DNA of 64,000 nucleotides from assembly GCA_023428785.1 (NCBI GenBank), contig JAEYWU010000067.1:1726-65725 (forward strand), in the 5' to 3' direction. Below the pieces are notes generated by a model, which was not told the DNA's origin, did no database searches, and saw nothing but the letters and a program-made list of their open reading frames with translations. Positions 49,304 through 58,740 of the stretch are shown here, one piece after another. Origin of the DNA: Pseudomonadota bacterium. Its GTDB lineage: Bacteria > Pseudomonadota > Alphaproteobacteria > Caulobacterales > Caulobacteraceae. Every line of letters starts with the position of its first letter. The stretch's first letter is position 1. The position numbers were made by a program, and so were the translations under genes.

Positions 49304-50164
49304 ATGATCACCACGCTTTCCAAGCGCGTCGCCGCCGGCCTCTTCGCCGCCGCCGCCGTGTTGGGGGCCGGCGCGGCCTCGGCCGAGGGCGGGGCCCTGC
49401 ACCCGCGCAACGTCAACTTCTCGTTCGAGGGACCGCTGGGTTCGTTCGACCAGGGCCAGCTGCAGCGCGGCTACCGGGTCTATGAACAGGTCTGCGCGGC
49501 CTGCCACTCGATGAACCTGATGGCCTACCGGATGCTCGGTCAGGAGGGCGGCCCGTTCTACGACGAGCACTATCCCGACGCGGCCCGCAATCCGTACGTC
49601 GCAGCCATCGCCGCCCAGATCGAGGTGCCGGACACGGACACCGAGACCGGTGAAGCGATCATGCGCGCGGCCACTCCGGCCGACACCTTCCGCAGCCCGT
49701 TCCCGAACGCGACGGCCGCCGCCTTCGCAAACGGCGGCGCCGCGCCGCCGGACCTGTCGGTGATCACCAAAGCCCGGCATGGCGGTGCGGAATATGTCTA
49801 TTCGCTGCTGACCGGCTACCAGGAGGCTCCGGCCGGCCTGCGCATCGGCCCGGGCCAGCACTACAACCCCTATATGAACGGCGACATGAGCCCGTTCTGG
49901 GAAGGTGACGAGCATCACGTCCCGCCGGGCGGCTTCATCGCCATGGCCCCGCCGCTGATCGACGGCGCGGTGACCTATGACGACGGCACCGAGGCCTCTG
50001 TCGACCAGATGGCGCAGGACGTCGCGGCCTTCCTGGCGTGGGCTTCGGACCCGCATCAGGTCGAGCGTAAGCGGACGGGCTTTGCGGTGCTGATCTATCT
50101 GCTGCTGTTCGCGGTGATCACCTGGTTCAGCTATCGCCGTATCTGGCGAGGCGTGGGCCACTAG
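49304..50164 (+). CDS. petC: Cytochrome c1
   Basis: Signal peptide, CAACH, PPDLS, IAMAPP, C-terminal TM. Confidence 0.97.
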   Translation: MITTLSKRVAAGLFAAAAVLGAGAASAEGGALHPRNVNFSFEGPLGSFDQGQLQRGYRVYEQVCAACHSMNLMAYRMLGQEGGPFYDEHYPDAARNPYVAAIAAQIEVPDTDTETGEAIMRAATPADTFRSPFPNATAAAFANGGAAPPDLSVITKARHGGAEYVYSLLTGYQEAPAGLRIGPGQHYNPYMNGDMSPFWEGDEHHVPPGGFIAMAPPLIDGAVTYDDGTEASVDQMAQDVAAFLAWASDPHQVERKRTGFAVLIYLLLFAVITWFSYRRIWRGVGH

Positions 50165-50188
50165 GCCGATCCCGGACCGAAAAACGAG

Positions 50189-50217
50189 AACGCCCGGCCG
50201 TTGCGCCGGGCGTTTTC
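50189..50217 (+). terminator. Intrinsic terminator after petABC
   Basis: AACGCCCGGC/GCCGGGCGTT stem followed by T residues. Confidence 0.75.
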
Positions 50218-50230
50218 AATTTCAGACGTA

Positions 50231-50267
50231 TTGACGATATCGCGAAGTGCTTTGTATGATAAAGTAC
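50231..50267 (+). promoter_or_regulatory. Promoter TTGACG-N18-TATGAT overlapped by imperfect inverted repeat GTGCTTTGT-ATG-ATAAAGTAC
   Basis: AT-rich island; the repeat (50247-50267) covers the -10. Confidence 0.55.
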
Positions 50268-50281
50268 GTCGGGAGGCTCTC

Positions 50282-50866
50282 ATGCGTGTTCTCTTCAAAA
50301 CCCTGATCTCGGCCGCAGCGGCCTTGGCGTTGCTGGCGCCGGTCGCCGCATCGGCCCAGGAGCAGATGCCGGCCGGCAGCGACGAGCAGCGGGCGGCCAT
50401 GGACGCCCTGTCCTTCATGGACGGGGAATGGCGGGGGCAGGCGACCTCCTACGGTCCGGGCGGAGTGCGCACCGACCTGATCCAAACCGAACGGGTCGGC
50501 CCCTTCCTGGGCGGCTCGGTTCGCGTGGTGGAGGGCAGGGGCTATGACGCCGAGGGCGCCACGGCCTTCAACGCCCTGGGCGTGATCTCATGGAACGACG
50601 CCGAGGACCGCTATGAGTTCTCGGCCTGGGCCAATGGTCGACAGGGAAACTACCGGTTCGAACGCACCGAGACCGGCTTCACCTGGGAAGTCCCGGCCGG
50701 ACCAGGCGCGGTGATCCGCTATGTCGCCACCATCCAGGACGGGGTCTGGCACGAGGTTGGCGACTATGTCCGCGAGGGCGGCCAGCCGCTGCGCTTCATC
50801 GAGATGACCCTGCACCGCATCGGCGACAGCGACTGGCCGGGCGAGGGGAGCGTCGCGCCCCGCTGA
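50282..50866 (+). CDS. Secreted DUF1579-like beta-barrel protein
   Basis: GGAGG RBS, signal peptide, L.FM.GEWRG, QTERVG, EGRG, W.E.G. Confidence 0.65.
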   Translation: MRVLFKTLISAAAALALLAPVAASAQEQMPAGSDEQRAAMDALSFMDGEWRGQATSYGPGGVRTDLIQTERVGPFLGGSVRVVEGRGYDAEGATAFNALGVISWNDAEDRYEFSAWANGRQGNYRFERTETGFTWEVPAGPGAVIRYVATIQDGVWHEVGDYVREGGQPLRFIEMTLHRIGDSDWPGEGSVAPR

Positions 50867-50870
50867 GGCT

Positions 50871-52166
50871 CTAGCCGAGCACGGCGCCGACCGCCCGGGC
50901 CGCCTGCTGGCCTGAACGAAACGCGCCGCCGCAGGTCTGGATCAGGCCCCCGGCCAGAGCCTCACCGGCGAAGAAGATGCGATCGCTGACCGGCTGGGCC
51001 AGGGCCTCGCGCGCAGCGTAACGGCCGGGGCGGGCCGCGGCATAGGCGCCGAGACTCCAGGGATCGGTCGCCCATCCCGTCATGCCGCCATTTGTCACCC
51101 GACCCGGCGCATCCGAGCCGAAGATCTCGGCCAGACCCTCCTTGGCGAAGTCGATGGCCGCCCCCTGGCCCGCCCGCGACAGGTCCCAGCCCAGTGCCCC
51201 ACCCACGAAGCCGATCATCAGGTCGTAGCTGAAGGGGTGACACAGGAAATACAGGTCCCGCTTGCCGTCGCGAGCCAGCATCAGGTCGGTGAAGGGATCC
51301 AGCCCCAGGGCCGATGCCGGAATCTGCAACGGGATCTTGGTCAGCATGCCCATCGGAATGTCGGCGATGGCCTGCTGGGTCGCGGCCGGCAGCTCGGGCG
51401 TGAAGCGGATGGCGCCCGAGGCCAGCACACCGGTCGAGGCCGTCACGATCACCGCCCGCGCGGACAGCGTTCCGGCGTCGGTCTCGACCTGGACGCCCGG
51501 CCCGTCGTGCCGGATCGCGCGCACGGCTGTACCGAGCCGAATCGGCAGGCCGCCGGAACGGCGCGCGACGATCGATCCAAAGCCCTCGGCGCACAGGAGA
51601 TTCGGCTCCAGGTCGTCGGCGTTGGCGTAGTCGAAGGTCGACAGGTCATCCAGGTCGACGGCCATGTCGAGCGCGCCCAGATAGTCGCCCGCGGCCTCCT
51701 CGATCGGCGTGTCGATTCCCGCGACCTCAAGCGCGGGCACATCGCGCGGGGCGGAGACGATGGCCTCGGCCATGGCCTCTTCGGCCGCATTGACGGCCTG
51801 GGCGTCGCCGCGTCGGGAGCCGAACCACACCTGTTCGAGGTCGTATTCGTGGGCCTGGAGGGTGAAGCCCTGGCTGCGGGCGTAGGCGGTGTAGGGATTG
51901 TCGTTGGATTTGTGCAGCCAAGCGCAGCCAACATCGAAAGGCGCGCCGAAGGTGCGGGTGTCGGTATGGGCGCGCCCGCCCACCCGGTTTCGCGCTTCCA
52001 GCACGAGGGTCCGGAGCCCCAGGTCGTTGAGAGCCAGGGCTGCGCCGATGCCGGCCGATCCGGCCCCGACCACCACCACATCGGCGTCGCCGCCCCCCGT
52101 AGAACGGCAGCCCGCGGCGGCGCCCGCCCCCGCCAGAGCCGTCAGAAAACCTCTGCGATCGAACAC
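50871..52166 (-). CDS. Flavin monoamine oxidase family, Tat-exported (possible lipoprotein)
   Basis: DRRGFL twin-Arg then AAGC; GAGSAG, LEARNRVGGR, FFAGEA; GTG 52166 after GGAGG. Confidence 0.88.
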   Translation of the reverse strand: MFDRRGFLTALAGAGAAAGCRSTGGGDADVVVVGAGSAGIGAALALNDLGLRTLVLEARNRVGGRAHTDTRTFGAPFDVGCAWLHKSNDNPYTAYARSQGFTLQAHEYDLEQVWFGSRRGDAQAVNAAEEAMAEAIVSAPRDVPALEVAGIDTPIEEAAGDYLGALDMAVDLDDLSTFDYANADDLEPNLLCAEGFGSIVARRSGGLPIRLGTAVRAIRHDGPGVQVETDAGTLSARAVIVTASTGVLASGAIRFTPELPAATQQAIADIPMGMLTKIPLQIPASALGLDPFTDLMLARDGKRDLYFLCHPFSYDLMIGFVGGALGWDLSRAGQGAAIDFAKEGLAEIFGSDAPGRVTNGGMTGWATDPWSLGAYAAARPGRYAAREALAQPVSDRIFFAGEALAGGLIQTCGGAFRSGQQAARAVGAVLG

Positions 52167-52297
52167 CGGAACCTCCAACCATCTAACGTGGGTATTTGCG
52201 CTGTTCCGGGCCCCTCTAACAAGCCCATGGCAAGATTGGCATTCAGGCCCTAAGTTGCGCGGGCGGTCCCGAGATCGCGCCGGGCTCCCCCCACTCG

Positions 52298-53626
52298 ATG
52301 TTAGCCTTCGCCATCGTCGTCGTTCTGCTCCTCGTGGTGCTCAACGGCCTGTTCGCCATGACCGAGCTTGCGGTCGTCTCATCGCGCAAATCCAAGCTGC
52401 AAAGCCGGGCAGAGCGCGGAGATCGCGGCGCGCGCACCGCGCTGAAGCTGGCCGAGGAGCCGACGCACTTCCTGTCGGCGGTGCAGGTCGGCATCACCCT
52501 GATCGGCATTCTGGCCGGCGCCTACGGCCAGGCGGCCATCGGCGGCGAGCTGAACCGACTGATCGAAACCTTCATTCCCGCCCTGGCGGAATATTCCCAC
52601 ATCATCGCCACCGGCGTCGTGGTCGTGGTGATCACCTATGTCTCGGTGATCGTCGGCGAACTGGTGCCCAAGCGGCTGGCCCTGATCTTTCCCGAGCCGA
52701 TCGCCTCCAAGATGGCCGGGCCGATCTCGCTGCTGGCCGTGGTGCTCAAGCCGTTCGTGGTGCTGCTCACCATGTCGACCTCGGCAATCCTGAAGCTGTT
52801 CAACATCAAGGACCGCGACGGCTCGGACGTGACCCAGGAAGAGGTCGAGACCATGATCGCCGAAGGCACCTCGGCGGGCCTGATCGAGCCGGAAGAGCAG
52901 GAGATGATCGAGGAGATCCTCACGCTCGGTGACCGCCCAATCAAGGTGGCCATGACGCCGCGTCACGAGGTCAGCTGGATCGCGCTGGACGACCCCGATG
53001 ATGTCATCCGTCAGGAGGTCAAGAGCAGTCCCTATTCGCGCCTGGTCGTGGCGCGCGAGAACGACGTCGATAATCCGCTGGGCGTCGTCCACAAGAAAGA
53101 CCTGCTCGACAGCCTGCTCGACAACGGCGAGTTTAATGTCGAGAAGCTGGTCCAGACCCCGGCCTTCATTCCACAAACGACTTCGGTCCTGAAGGCGCTG
53201 GAGATCCTCAAGGGCTCCAAGGTCCACATGGCCTTCATCGTCGACGAATACGGCGCCTTCGAAGGGGTGGTCACGGCCACAGACCTGCTTGAGATGATCG
53301 CCGGCGACTTCAACGAGGACCACGACGAGCCGAGCCAGAACATCCAGCTGCAGGAGGATGGCTCGTGGCTGGTCGACGGCCAGACCGACCTGGACGAGTT
53401 GGCCGATGCGCTGGGCGAAGACTTCGGCGACCACGACGGTTTCCACACGGTGGCCGGGCTGGTGCTTCATGAGCTGTCGCGCATTCCTGATGCGGGCGAC
53501 CGGCTACAGCTGGGCCGTTTCGAGGTCGAAGTCTCGGCCATGGACGATCGCCGCATTGACTGCCTGGTCTTCCATCCGCTGATGAAGACGGCCCCGGCGC
53601 CCGAGCCCCAAGACCTCATCGACTAG
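52298..53626 (+). CDS. Hemolysin/CNNM (TlyC) family transporter: DUF21-CBS-CorC
   Basis: NGLFAM.E.A, GELVPKR, MTPR, VDEYG, TVAG. Confidence 0.92.
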   Translation: MLAFAIVVVLLLVVLNGLFAMTELAVVSSRKSKLQSRAERGDRGARTALKLAEEPTHFLSAVQVGITLIGILAGAYGQAAIGGELNRLIETFIPALAEYSHIIATGVVVVVITYVSVIVGELVPKRLALIFPEPIASKMAGPISLLAVVLKPFVVLLTMSTSAILKLFNIKDRDGSDVTQEEVETMIAEGTSAGLIEPEEQEMIEEILTLGDRPIKVAMTPRHEVSWIALDDPDDVIRQEVKSSPYSRLVVARENDVDNPLGVVHKKDLLDSLLDNGEFNVEKLVQTPAFIPQTTSVLKALEILKGSKVHMAFIVDEYGAFEGVVTATDLLEMIAGDFNEDHDEPSQNIQLQEDGSWLVDGQTDLDELADALGEDFGDHDGFHTVAGLVLHELSRIPDAGDRLQLGRFEVEVSAMDDRRIDCLVFHPLMKTAPAPEPQDLID

Positions 53627-55887
53627 GCCGCCAGGGGCGCGCTCTTCAGGGCGCCGTCGATGGCGCGGTACAGGTCCTCGACCTGGATGGGCTTGGCCAC
53701 GCAGTCGTCGAAGCCCCGGACCAGATAGTTGTCGACTTGGTGGGCCATGACATTGGCCGTCAGGGCCAGGATCGGAACGCGAGCCGCGCCCGTGGCGGCC
53801 TCATGGCGGCGGATGGCGCCGGTCGCGTCCAAACCGTTCATCTCCGGCATCTGGATATCCATCAGGATCAGGTCGTAGCCGCCGTCCTGGGCTGCGGCCA
53901 CGGCCTCACGACCGTTGGAGACGATGTCGGCCTCGCAGTCGATGGCGCTCAGGATCGAGCGCAGCACCAGCTGGTTGGTCGGATTGTCCTCCGCTGCGAG
54001 GATGCGCAAGGGGCGCGAGGGGGCGGCGGCCGGCTCGTGGAGCACCGAAACCGGCGCGACGTCGGCGGTCTTCTCGCTGGGGATCAGGACGGTGAAGACT
54101 GAGCCCTGGCCGGGGGTGCTGGAGACGGCGATCGTGCCGTCCATCAGGCTGACCAGCTCCTGGCAGATGGCCAGGCCCAAGCCTGTGCCGCCGTAGCGGC
54201 GGGTGGTGGATCCGTCAGCCTGGACGAACTTCTCGAACAGGGATTCGACCCGATCCGCTTCGATGCCGATGCCGCTGTCGGTGACGTCGAAGCGCAGGCC
54301 CTCCGACGCCGTGGACAGCTGGAGGTGGACGCCGCCCTCGTGTGTGAACTTGATGGCGTTGCTGACCAGATTGGCCAGGATCTGTCGCAGGCGCAGGCCG
54401 TCGACCATCCACTGCCCCTCGACGTCGGCGCCGACTTCGATGTCCAGGGTGATGTCGCGCTCGGCCGCCGAGCCCTCGAAGGCGGCGGCCAGACCACGGG
54501 CGACGCCGGCGACGTCGGCCTCGGTGCGCTCCAGCTCCATCTTGCCGGCCTGGACCTTGGCCAGGTCCAGCAGGTCATTGAGAATGGCCAGCAGGGTCGC
54601 TCCGGATTCGCGGATGACGCCCAGGCGCTCGGCCTGTTTGGCGCTCAGCTCATCGCCCGCCATGACCTGAGCCATGCCCAGCACGCCGTTCAGGGGCGTG
54701 CGGATCTCGTGGCTCATATTGGCCAGGAAGTCCGACTTGGCGCGGTTGGCCGCCTCCGCCCGGTCGCGGGCGTCCGCCATGGCAATGGAGACGGACTTCT
54801 CGGCGGTGATGTCGGTGACGACCGAGATCGAGCCGCCGTTGTCCAGCCGCGAGGTCTCGGCGCGGATCCAGCCGCCTGACGGGCTCTGCCATTCCTGGGG
54901 GCGGCCCGAACGGCGCTCGGCCTCCACGTCCATGGCCCACTGGGAAAGGTCGGTCGTGTCGGGCGCCTCGCACTCGCCGGAACGGGCGGCCTGGAGCGCG
55001 AGCGAACGGCGGGTCATGCCCAGGGCGGGGCGGATGCCGAACACGGACATCATCCGGGCGTAGGCGTCGTTCCAGATCACCAGCCGGCCGTTCGGGTCGA
55101 ACATGGCCAGGCCGGTGGGAACGCCCTGGAAGGCGACGTCGAGGTTACGCATGGCGGCGTGACGCAGTCGCGTCTCCATCAGGGCCATGGTGGCGGCGCC
55201 CAGGATTATCAGGATGGCGATGCCACCGACCATGATGGCCAGGTCGGCCCGCTCGACCATCTCGATGAGCACGGGCGCGGTGGGGTTCGGCTGGAGGGTG
55301 ATGGCGGCCATGGCCGTGAAATGAAGGCCGACGATGCCCGCGACGAGAGCCAGTGGCGGCACGATCCAGCCGGGCAGGCCTTCGGTGCGGTCCACCGCGA
55401 GAATGGCGAGGGTCGCGCCCGTGACGGACAGGACGATGGAGGCGCCGACGAGGACGGGGTCCCATTCGATGTGGAAGGCGGTGCGCATAGCCGCGATGCC
55501 GACGAAATGCATGACCGCGATGGTCAGGCCGACGGCTGTGCCGCCAGCCACGCGCCAGGCGGCCTTGTGGCCCATGGAAGCGAGCGCGAAGCCGCCGGTC
55601 ATGCCGAGGATGGCCACGACCAGCGAGAGAACGGTCAGAAGGATGTCGAACTGGATGACCAACTGCCCCTCGAAGGCCAGCATGGCCACGAAGTGGGTCG
55701 CCCAGACCCCGGCTCCGGCGATCGCGCCGGTCAGGCCCAGCAGCCAGAGACGCGTGCGGTCATCTTCAGCGCCCGTTCGGCAATGGAATCGCATCGCGGT
55801 CGCCGAGGCGAGGCCGCAGATCACGGCGGCGAGCAGCACCAACCTAAGGTCGTGGTCGTCTCGAATGCAAGCTAAGACCGTGAACAT
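53623..55887 (-). CDS. MHYT-PAS hybrid histidine kinase/response regulator
   Basis: W.THFVAM/MHFVG/LHFTAM MHYT-type repeats, FLANMSHEIRTP, GGTGLGL, receiver AEDN/MDIQMP/KP. Confidence 0.92.
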   Translation of the reverse strand: MFTVLACIRDDHDLRLVLLAAVICGLASATAMRFHCRTGAEDDRTRLWLLGLTGAIAGAGVWATHFVAMLAFEGQLVIQFDILLTVLSLVVAILGMTGGFALASMGHKAAWRVAGGTAVGLTIAVMHFVGIAAMRTAFHIEWDPVLVGASIVLSVTGATLAILAVDRTEGLPGWIVPPLALVAGIVGLHFTAMAAITLQPNPTAPVLIEMVERADLAIMVGGIAILIILGAATMALMETRLRHAAMRNLDVAFQGVPTGLAMFDPNGRLVIWNDAYARMMSVFGIRPALGMTRRSLALQAARSGECEAPDTTDLSQWAMDVEAERRSGRPQEWQSPSGGWIRAETSRLDNGGSISVVTDITAEKSVSIAMADARDRAEAANRAKSDFLANMSHEIRTPLNGVLGMAQVMAGDELSAKQAERLGVIRESGATLLAILNDLLDLAKVQAGKMELERTEADVAGVARGLAAAFEGSAAERDITLDIEVGADVEGQWMVDGLRLRQILANLVSNAIKFTHEGGVHLQLSTASEGLRFDVTDSGIGIEADRVESLFEKFVQADGSTTRRYGGTGLGLAICQELVSLMDGTIAVSSTPGQGSVFTVLIPSEKTADVAPVSVLHEPAAAPSRPLRILAAEDNPTNQLVLRSILSAIDCEADIVSNGREAVAAAQDGGYDLILMDIQMPEMNGLDATGAIRRHEAATGAARVPILALTANVMAHQVDNYLVRGFDDCVAKPIQVEDLYRAIDGALKSAPLAA

Positions 55888-55933
55888 ATTGGGTTTTTCT
55901 CCCCGGGAGGAGGTCCGGATACGGCAATCATCG

Positions 55934-55948
55934 TTACGGCCGGATTAA
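55934..55948. promoter_or_regulatory. Candidate CtrA site (minus strand TTAA-N7-GTAA)
   Basis: One mismatch from consensus, about 50 nt upstream of the MHYT kinase start. Confidence 0.35.
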
Positions 55949-56109
55949 ACCCAACGTCGGCGGCCCATCATTGCGGCAGGCTCTGCTTGCTCCCGGAGCA
56001 TGGCGCTGTTAAAGCCACCGGCTCCGGTCAAGGCCGCGCGCGCCGAAGGGAAACTTCGGCGCGCTGTTCTTTGTCCGGGACGTTGGAGCTCCTATGTGGG
56101 CTCCATCGA

Positions 56110-56185
56110 AGGAGTGTAGCTCAGTTGGTAGAGCATCGGTCTCCAAAACCGAGGGCCGGGGGTTCGAGTCCCTCCACTCCTGCCA
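56110..56185 (+). tRNA. tRNA-Trp(CCA)
   Basis: Acceptor AGGAGTG/CACTCCT, anticodon TCGGT-CTCCAAA-ACCGA, TTCGAGT, encoded CCA. Confidence 0.98.
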
Positions 56186-56208
56186 CCTTTTTCTGAGACG
56201 AGATGAGT

Positions 56209-56490
56209 ATGGCCAAGGCGAAGTCCTCCACGCGAGGCGGAGGAAGCACCATCGTTCAGGGCGGCGCGGTAGCCGCCGAGGCCGATGCGCCCAAGAAGCG
56301 CATCAGCCCGATGCAGTTCTTCAGTCAGGTCCGCGCTGAAGGCCGCAAGATCACCTGGCCGAGCCGCAAGGAGACCTGGATCACCTCGGTGATGGTCTTC
56401 ATCATGGTGGCGATCGCCTCGCTCTTCTTCTTCGTGGTCGACCTGGTCATGGCGCTGGGCGCCAACCAGCTCATCCAGATCGGCCGCTAG
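56209..56490 (+). CDS. secE: Preprotein translocase SecE
   Basis: FF.QVR.E.RKITWPSRKET, one TM; between tRNA-Trp and nusG; start 56203 or 56209. Confidence 0.93.
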   Translation: MAKAKSSTRGGGSTIVQGGAVAAEADAPKKRISPMQFFSQVRAEGRKITWPSRKETWITSVMVFIMVAIASLFFFVVDLVMALGANQLIQIGR

Positions 56491-56501
56491 GGACACCGCC
56501 C

Positions 56502-57059
56502 ATGACCGACGTTCAGCCGTCCAATCCGAACCACAAGTGGTACATCGTCCACGCCTATTCCAACTTCGAGAAGAAGGTGAAGGAGAACATCCTCGACCAG
56601 GCCCGTAACCAGGGGCTGGCCGACCGCTTCTCCGAGGTGCTGGTTCCGACCGAGGACGTCGTCGAGATCCGTCGCGGCCGCAAGGTCAACACCGAGCGCA
56701 AATTCTTCCCCGGCTATGTGCTGGTGAAGATGGAGCTGACCGACGAGGTCTTCCACCTGATCAAGAACACGCCGAAGGTGACCGGCTTCCTGGGTTCGGG
56801 CGCCAAGCCGATGCCGGTGTCCGAAAAGGAAATCCAGCGCATCGTCGGCGCCGTGGAAGAGGGCGCCGAGCGTCCCAAGCCCACGATCCGCTTCGACATC
56901 GGCGAGACCGTCAAGGTCACCGACGGTCCCTTCGCCAGCTTCGACGGTGTTGTCGAGAGCGTGGACGAGGATCGCGCCCGACTGCACGTCTCGGTCTCCA
57001 TCTTCGGCCGCGCTACGCCGGTCGAGCTGGAATACGACCAGGTCGAAAAGGTTGGCTAA
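56502..57059 (+). CDS. nusG: Transcription factor NusG
   Basis: WYIVHAYSNFEKKV, FFPGYVLV, KOW GPFA.F.G, IFGRATPVEL. Confidence 0.98.
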   Translation: MTDVQPSNPNHKWYIVHAYSNFEKKVKENILDQARNQGLADRFSEVLVPTEDVVEIRRGRKVNTERKFFPGYVLVKMELTDEVFHLIKNTPKVTGFLGSGAKPMPVSEKEIQRIVGAVEEGAERPKPTIRFDIGETVKVTDGPFASFDGVVESVDEDRARLHVSVSIFGRATPVELEYDQVEKVG

Positions 57060-58003
57060 CGGCTGATCGGCAGCGACAGGCCCAGCGCATGGGCCTCGTC
57101 GCCGGTCTCAATCCTGCGCTTGAATAGTTCCGCCGGACGGCCACCCGTGGCTGTCTCGATACGGCCTGTCCGCTCCACAAGTCCCGCGCGTTCGACGCCC
57201 CGGCGGAAGTTCTGCTTGTGCAGCGGCTGGCCGGTGACGGCTTCCACGGCCTTCTGGAGCTGTGACAGGGTGAACTCGTCGGGCATCAGGTCGAAGATCA
57301 CCGGGCGATACCGCAGTTTGCCGCGCAGCCGGCCCAGACCCGTTGCGAGGATCCGGCGGTGATCTGAGCGTAGCGGTGCGCCTATCATGGCCGCCTGTGG
57401 ATGGGCTGGTCGGGAGCCGTCGCGACCGGACTCCACCGCGAGGCCCGCCTCGTACAACAGCTCGTAGCGTTCCAGCACCGGCTCATCGCGCCAGCCGGAC
57501 GGGTCTCTGAGGGCGAACAGGCGCTCGGCCCGCGCGCGGCGGTTCAAGTCGGCGCCGGCCCAGTCCGCCAGGGCGGGAGCGATCACCGCGTCGATCACCG
57601 CAGGCCGGCCGCGCCGCCAGTCCTCATACGGAAAGAAGTCCCGCCACGGCCGCCAGGCGGCGCCCCTGGCAGCGACCACGCTGGCTGCGGCGGCCAGGGC
57701 CAGGTAGCCGACCGAGACGATGCGGCCGGCGTCCGCGTCGCCGGCCATCTCGGCCAGAGGCGTTTCGCGGCCCGCGTCCCCAAAGGTGTAGAGCTGCTCG
57801 ACATAGCCCATCGTCAGGCCGGTCTGGGCCGTCACGAAATCCCTGAGCGCCAGTTCGAATGTCCGGTGGGCGTCCGCATCGAAGGGACCAGCCGGCAGAC
57901 CGGCCGGCGCCTCTCCGTCCTGAACGGTCAGGACCGCCGCCTCGCCCCGCATCGGGGCCATCGCCACGGCGGACAGTCCGATGGTGACGGGCGTGGCGCT
58001 CAT
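57056..58003 (-). CDS. NadQ/NrtR-like Nudix-fold + wHTH transcriptional regulator
   Basis: LP.GPFD...HRTFE, GYVEQLYTFGD, DHRRILA, FTL..LQ..E, KQNFRR, GRPAELF. Confidence 0.85.
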   Translation of the reverse strand: MSATPVTIGLSAVAMAPMRGEAAVLTVQDGEAPAGLPAGPFDADAHRTFELALRDFVTAQTGLTMGYVEQLYTFGDAGRETPLAEMAGDADAGRIVSVGYLALAAAASVVAARGAAWRPWRDFFPYEDWRRGRPAVIDAVIAPALADWAGADLNRRARAERLFALRDPSGWRDEPVLERYELLYEAGLAVESGRDGSRPAHPQAAMIGAPLRSDHRRILATGLGRLRGKLRYRPVIFDLMPDEFTLSQLQKAVEAVTGQPLHKQNFRRGVERAGLVERTGRIETATGGRPAELFKRRIETGDEAHALGLSLPISR

Positions 58004-58007
58004 AAGA

Positions 58008-58631
58008 TCAGAGCGCCTTCGACAGGGCTTCGAACCGCTCGATGTAGAGCGCCTGGGCCGCGGTCGGCGAGAGCGGGTTGATCCTGAGGTCGTATCCGAC
58101 CGGCGGCTTGCCGAAGAAGCCGAGCGACTCCTTCCTGGTGAAGCCGGCCAACTGGGTCGCCTCGAAATAGGCGCAGGCCCGGTCGGCCTGTTTGATCAGC
58201 GTCTTGATCGCCACAGGGTTCTTGGGTGGCAGGCCGAAGCGCAGATGGATCGCGGCCTCGAGCCGGGCCTCGAAGTCCTTGTAGTTGACCCCCAGCGCCG
58301 CCTTGAACGGCGAGATCATGTCGCCGATCACATATTCCGACGCGTCATGCAGCAGGGCGGCCAGGCGCCACTTCACGTCCAGATCCGGCTGGATGTAGGC
58401 GGTGATCTCTTCGACGACGCAGGAGTGCTGGGCCACCGAGAAGGCGTGTTCGCCGATCGTCTGGCCGTTCCAGCGCGCGACGCGCGCCAGGCCATGGGCG
58501 ATGTCCTCGATCTCGATATCGAAGGGGGAGGGGTCGAGCAGGTCGAGCCGGCGACCCGACAGCATGCGCTGCCAAGCGCGCGGGGCTTCCTTGGGCTTTC
58601 GGGAAACAGTCTTGGGGCGGGTCTGGGCCAC
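58008..58631 (-). CDS. HD-domain hydrolase (YfbR-like 5'-deoxynucleotidase)
   Basis: DIAHGLAR..RWNG, SVAQHS, LLHDASEY. Confidence 0.88.
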   Translation of the reverse strand: MAQTRPKTVSRKPKEAPRAWQRMLSGRRLDLLDPSPFDIEIEDIAHGLARVARWNGQTIGEHAFSVAQHSCVVEEITAYIQPDLDVKWRLAALLHDASEYVIGDMISPFKAALGVNYKDFEARLEAAIHLRFGLPPKNPVAIKTLIKQADRACAYFEATQLAGFTRKESLGFFGKPPVGYDLRINPLSPTAAQALYIERFEALSKAL

Positions 58632-58740
58632 GCGTTCGGTATGCCTATATAGTCAAGTTGGAACTGCCCCCGGGAGCAGAGCTCTCGTTCGGGCGTTGCA
58701 CTCCATAGAGCCAAGTCGGGCCATCAGGAAGGGAAAGCCA

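Noticed and set aside
55987..56001. TTGCTC-CCG-GAGCAT as a NadQ box
   Set aside because: Spacer is 3 nt rather than 5, and it lies upstream of tRNA-Trp rather than NAD genes
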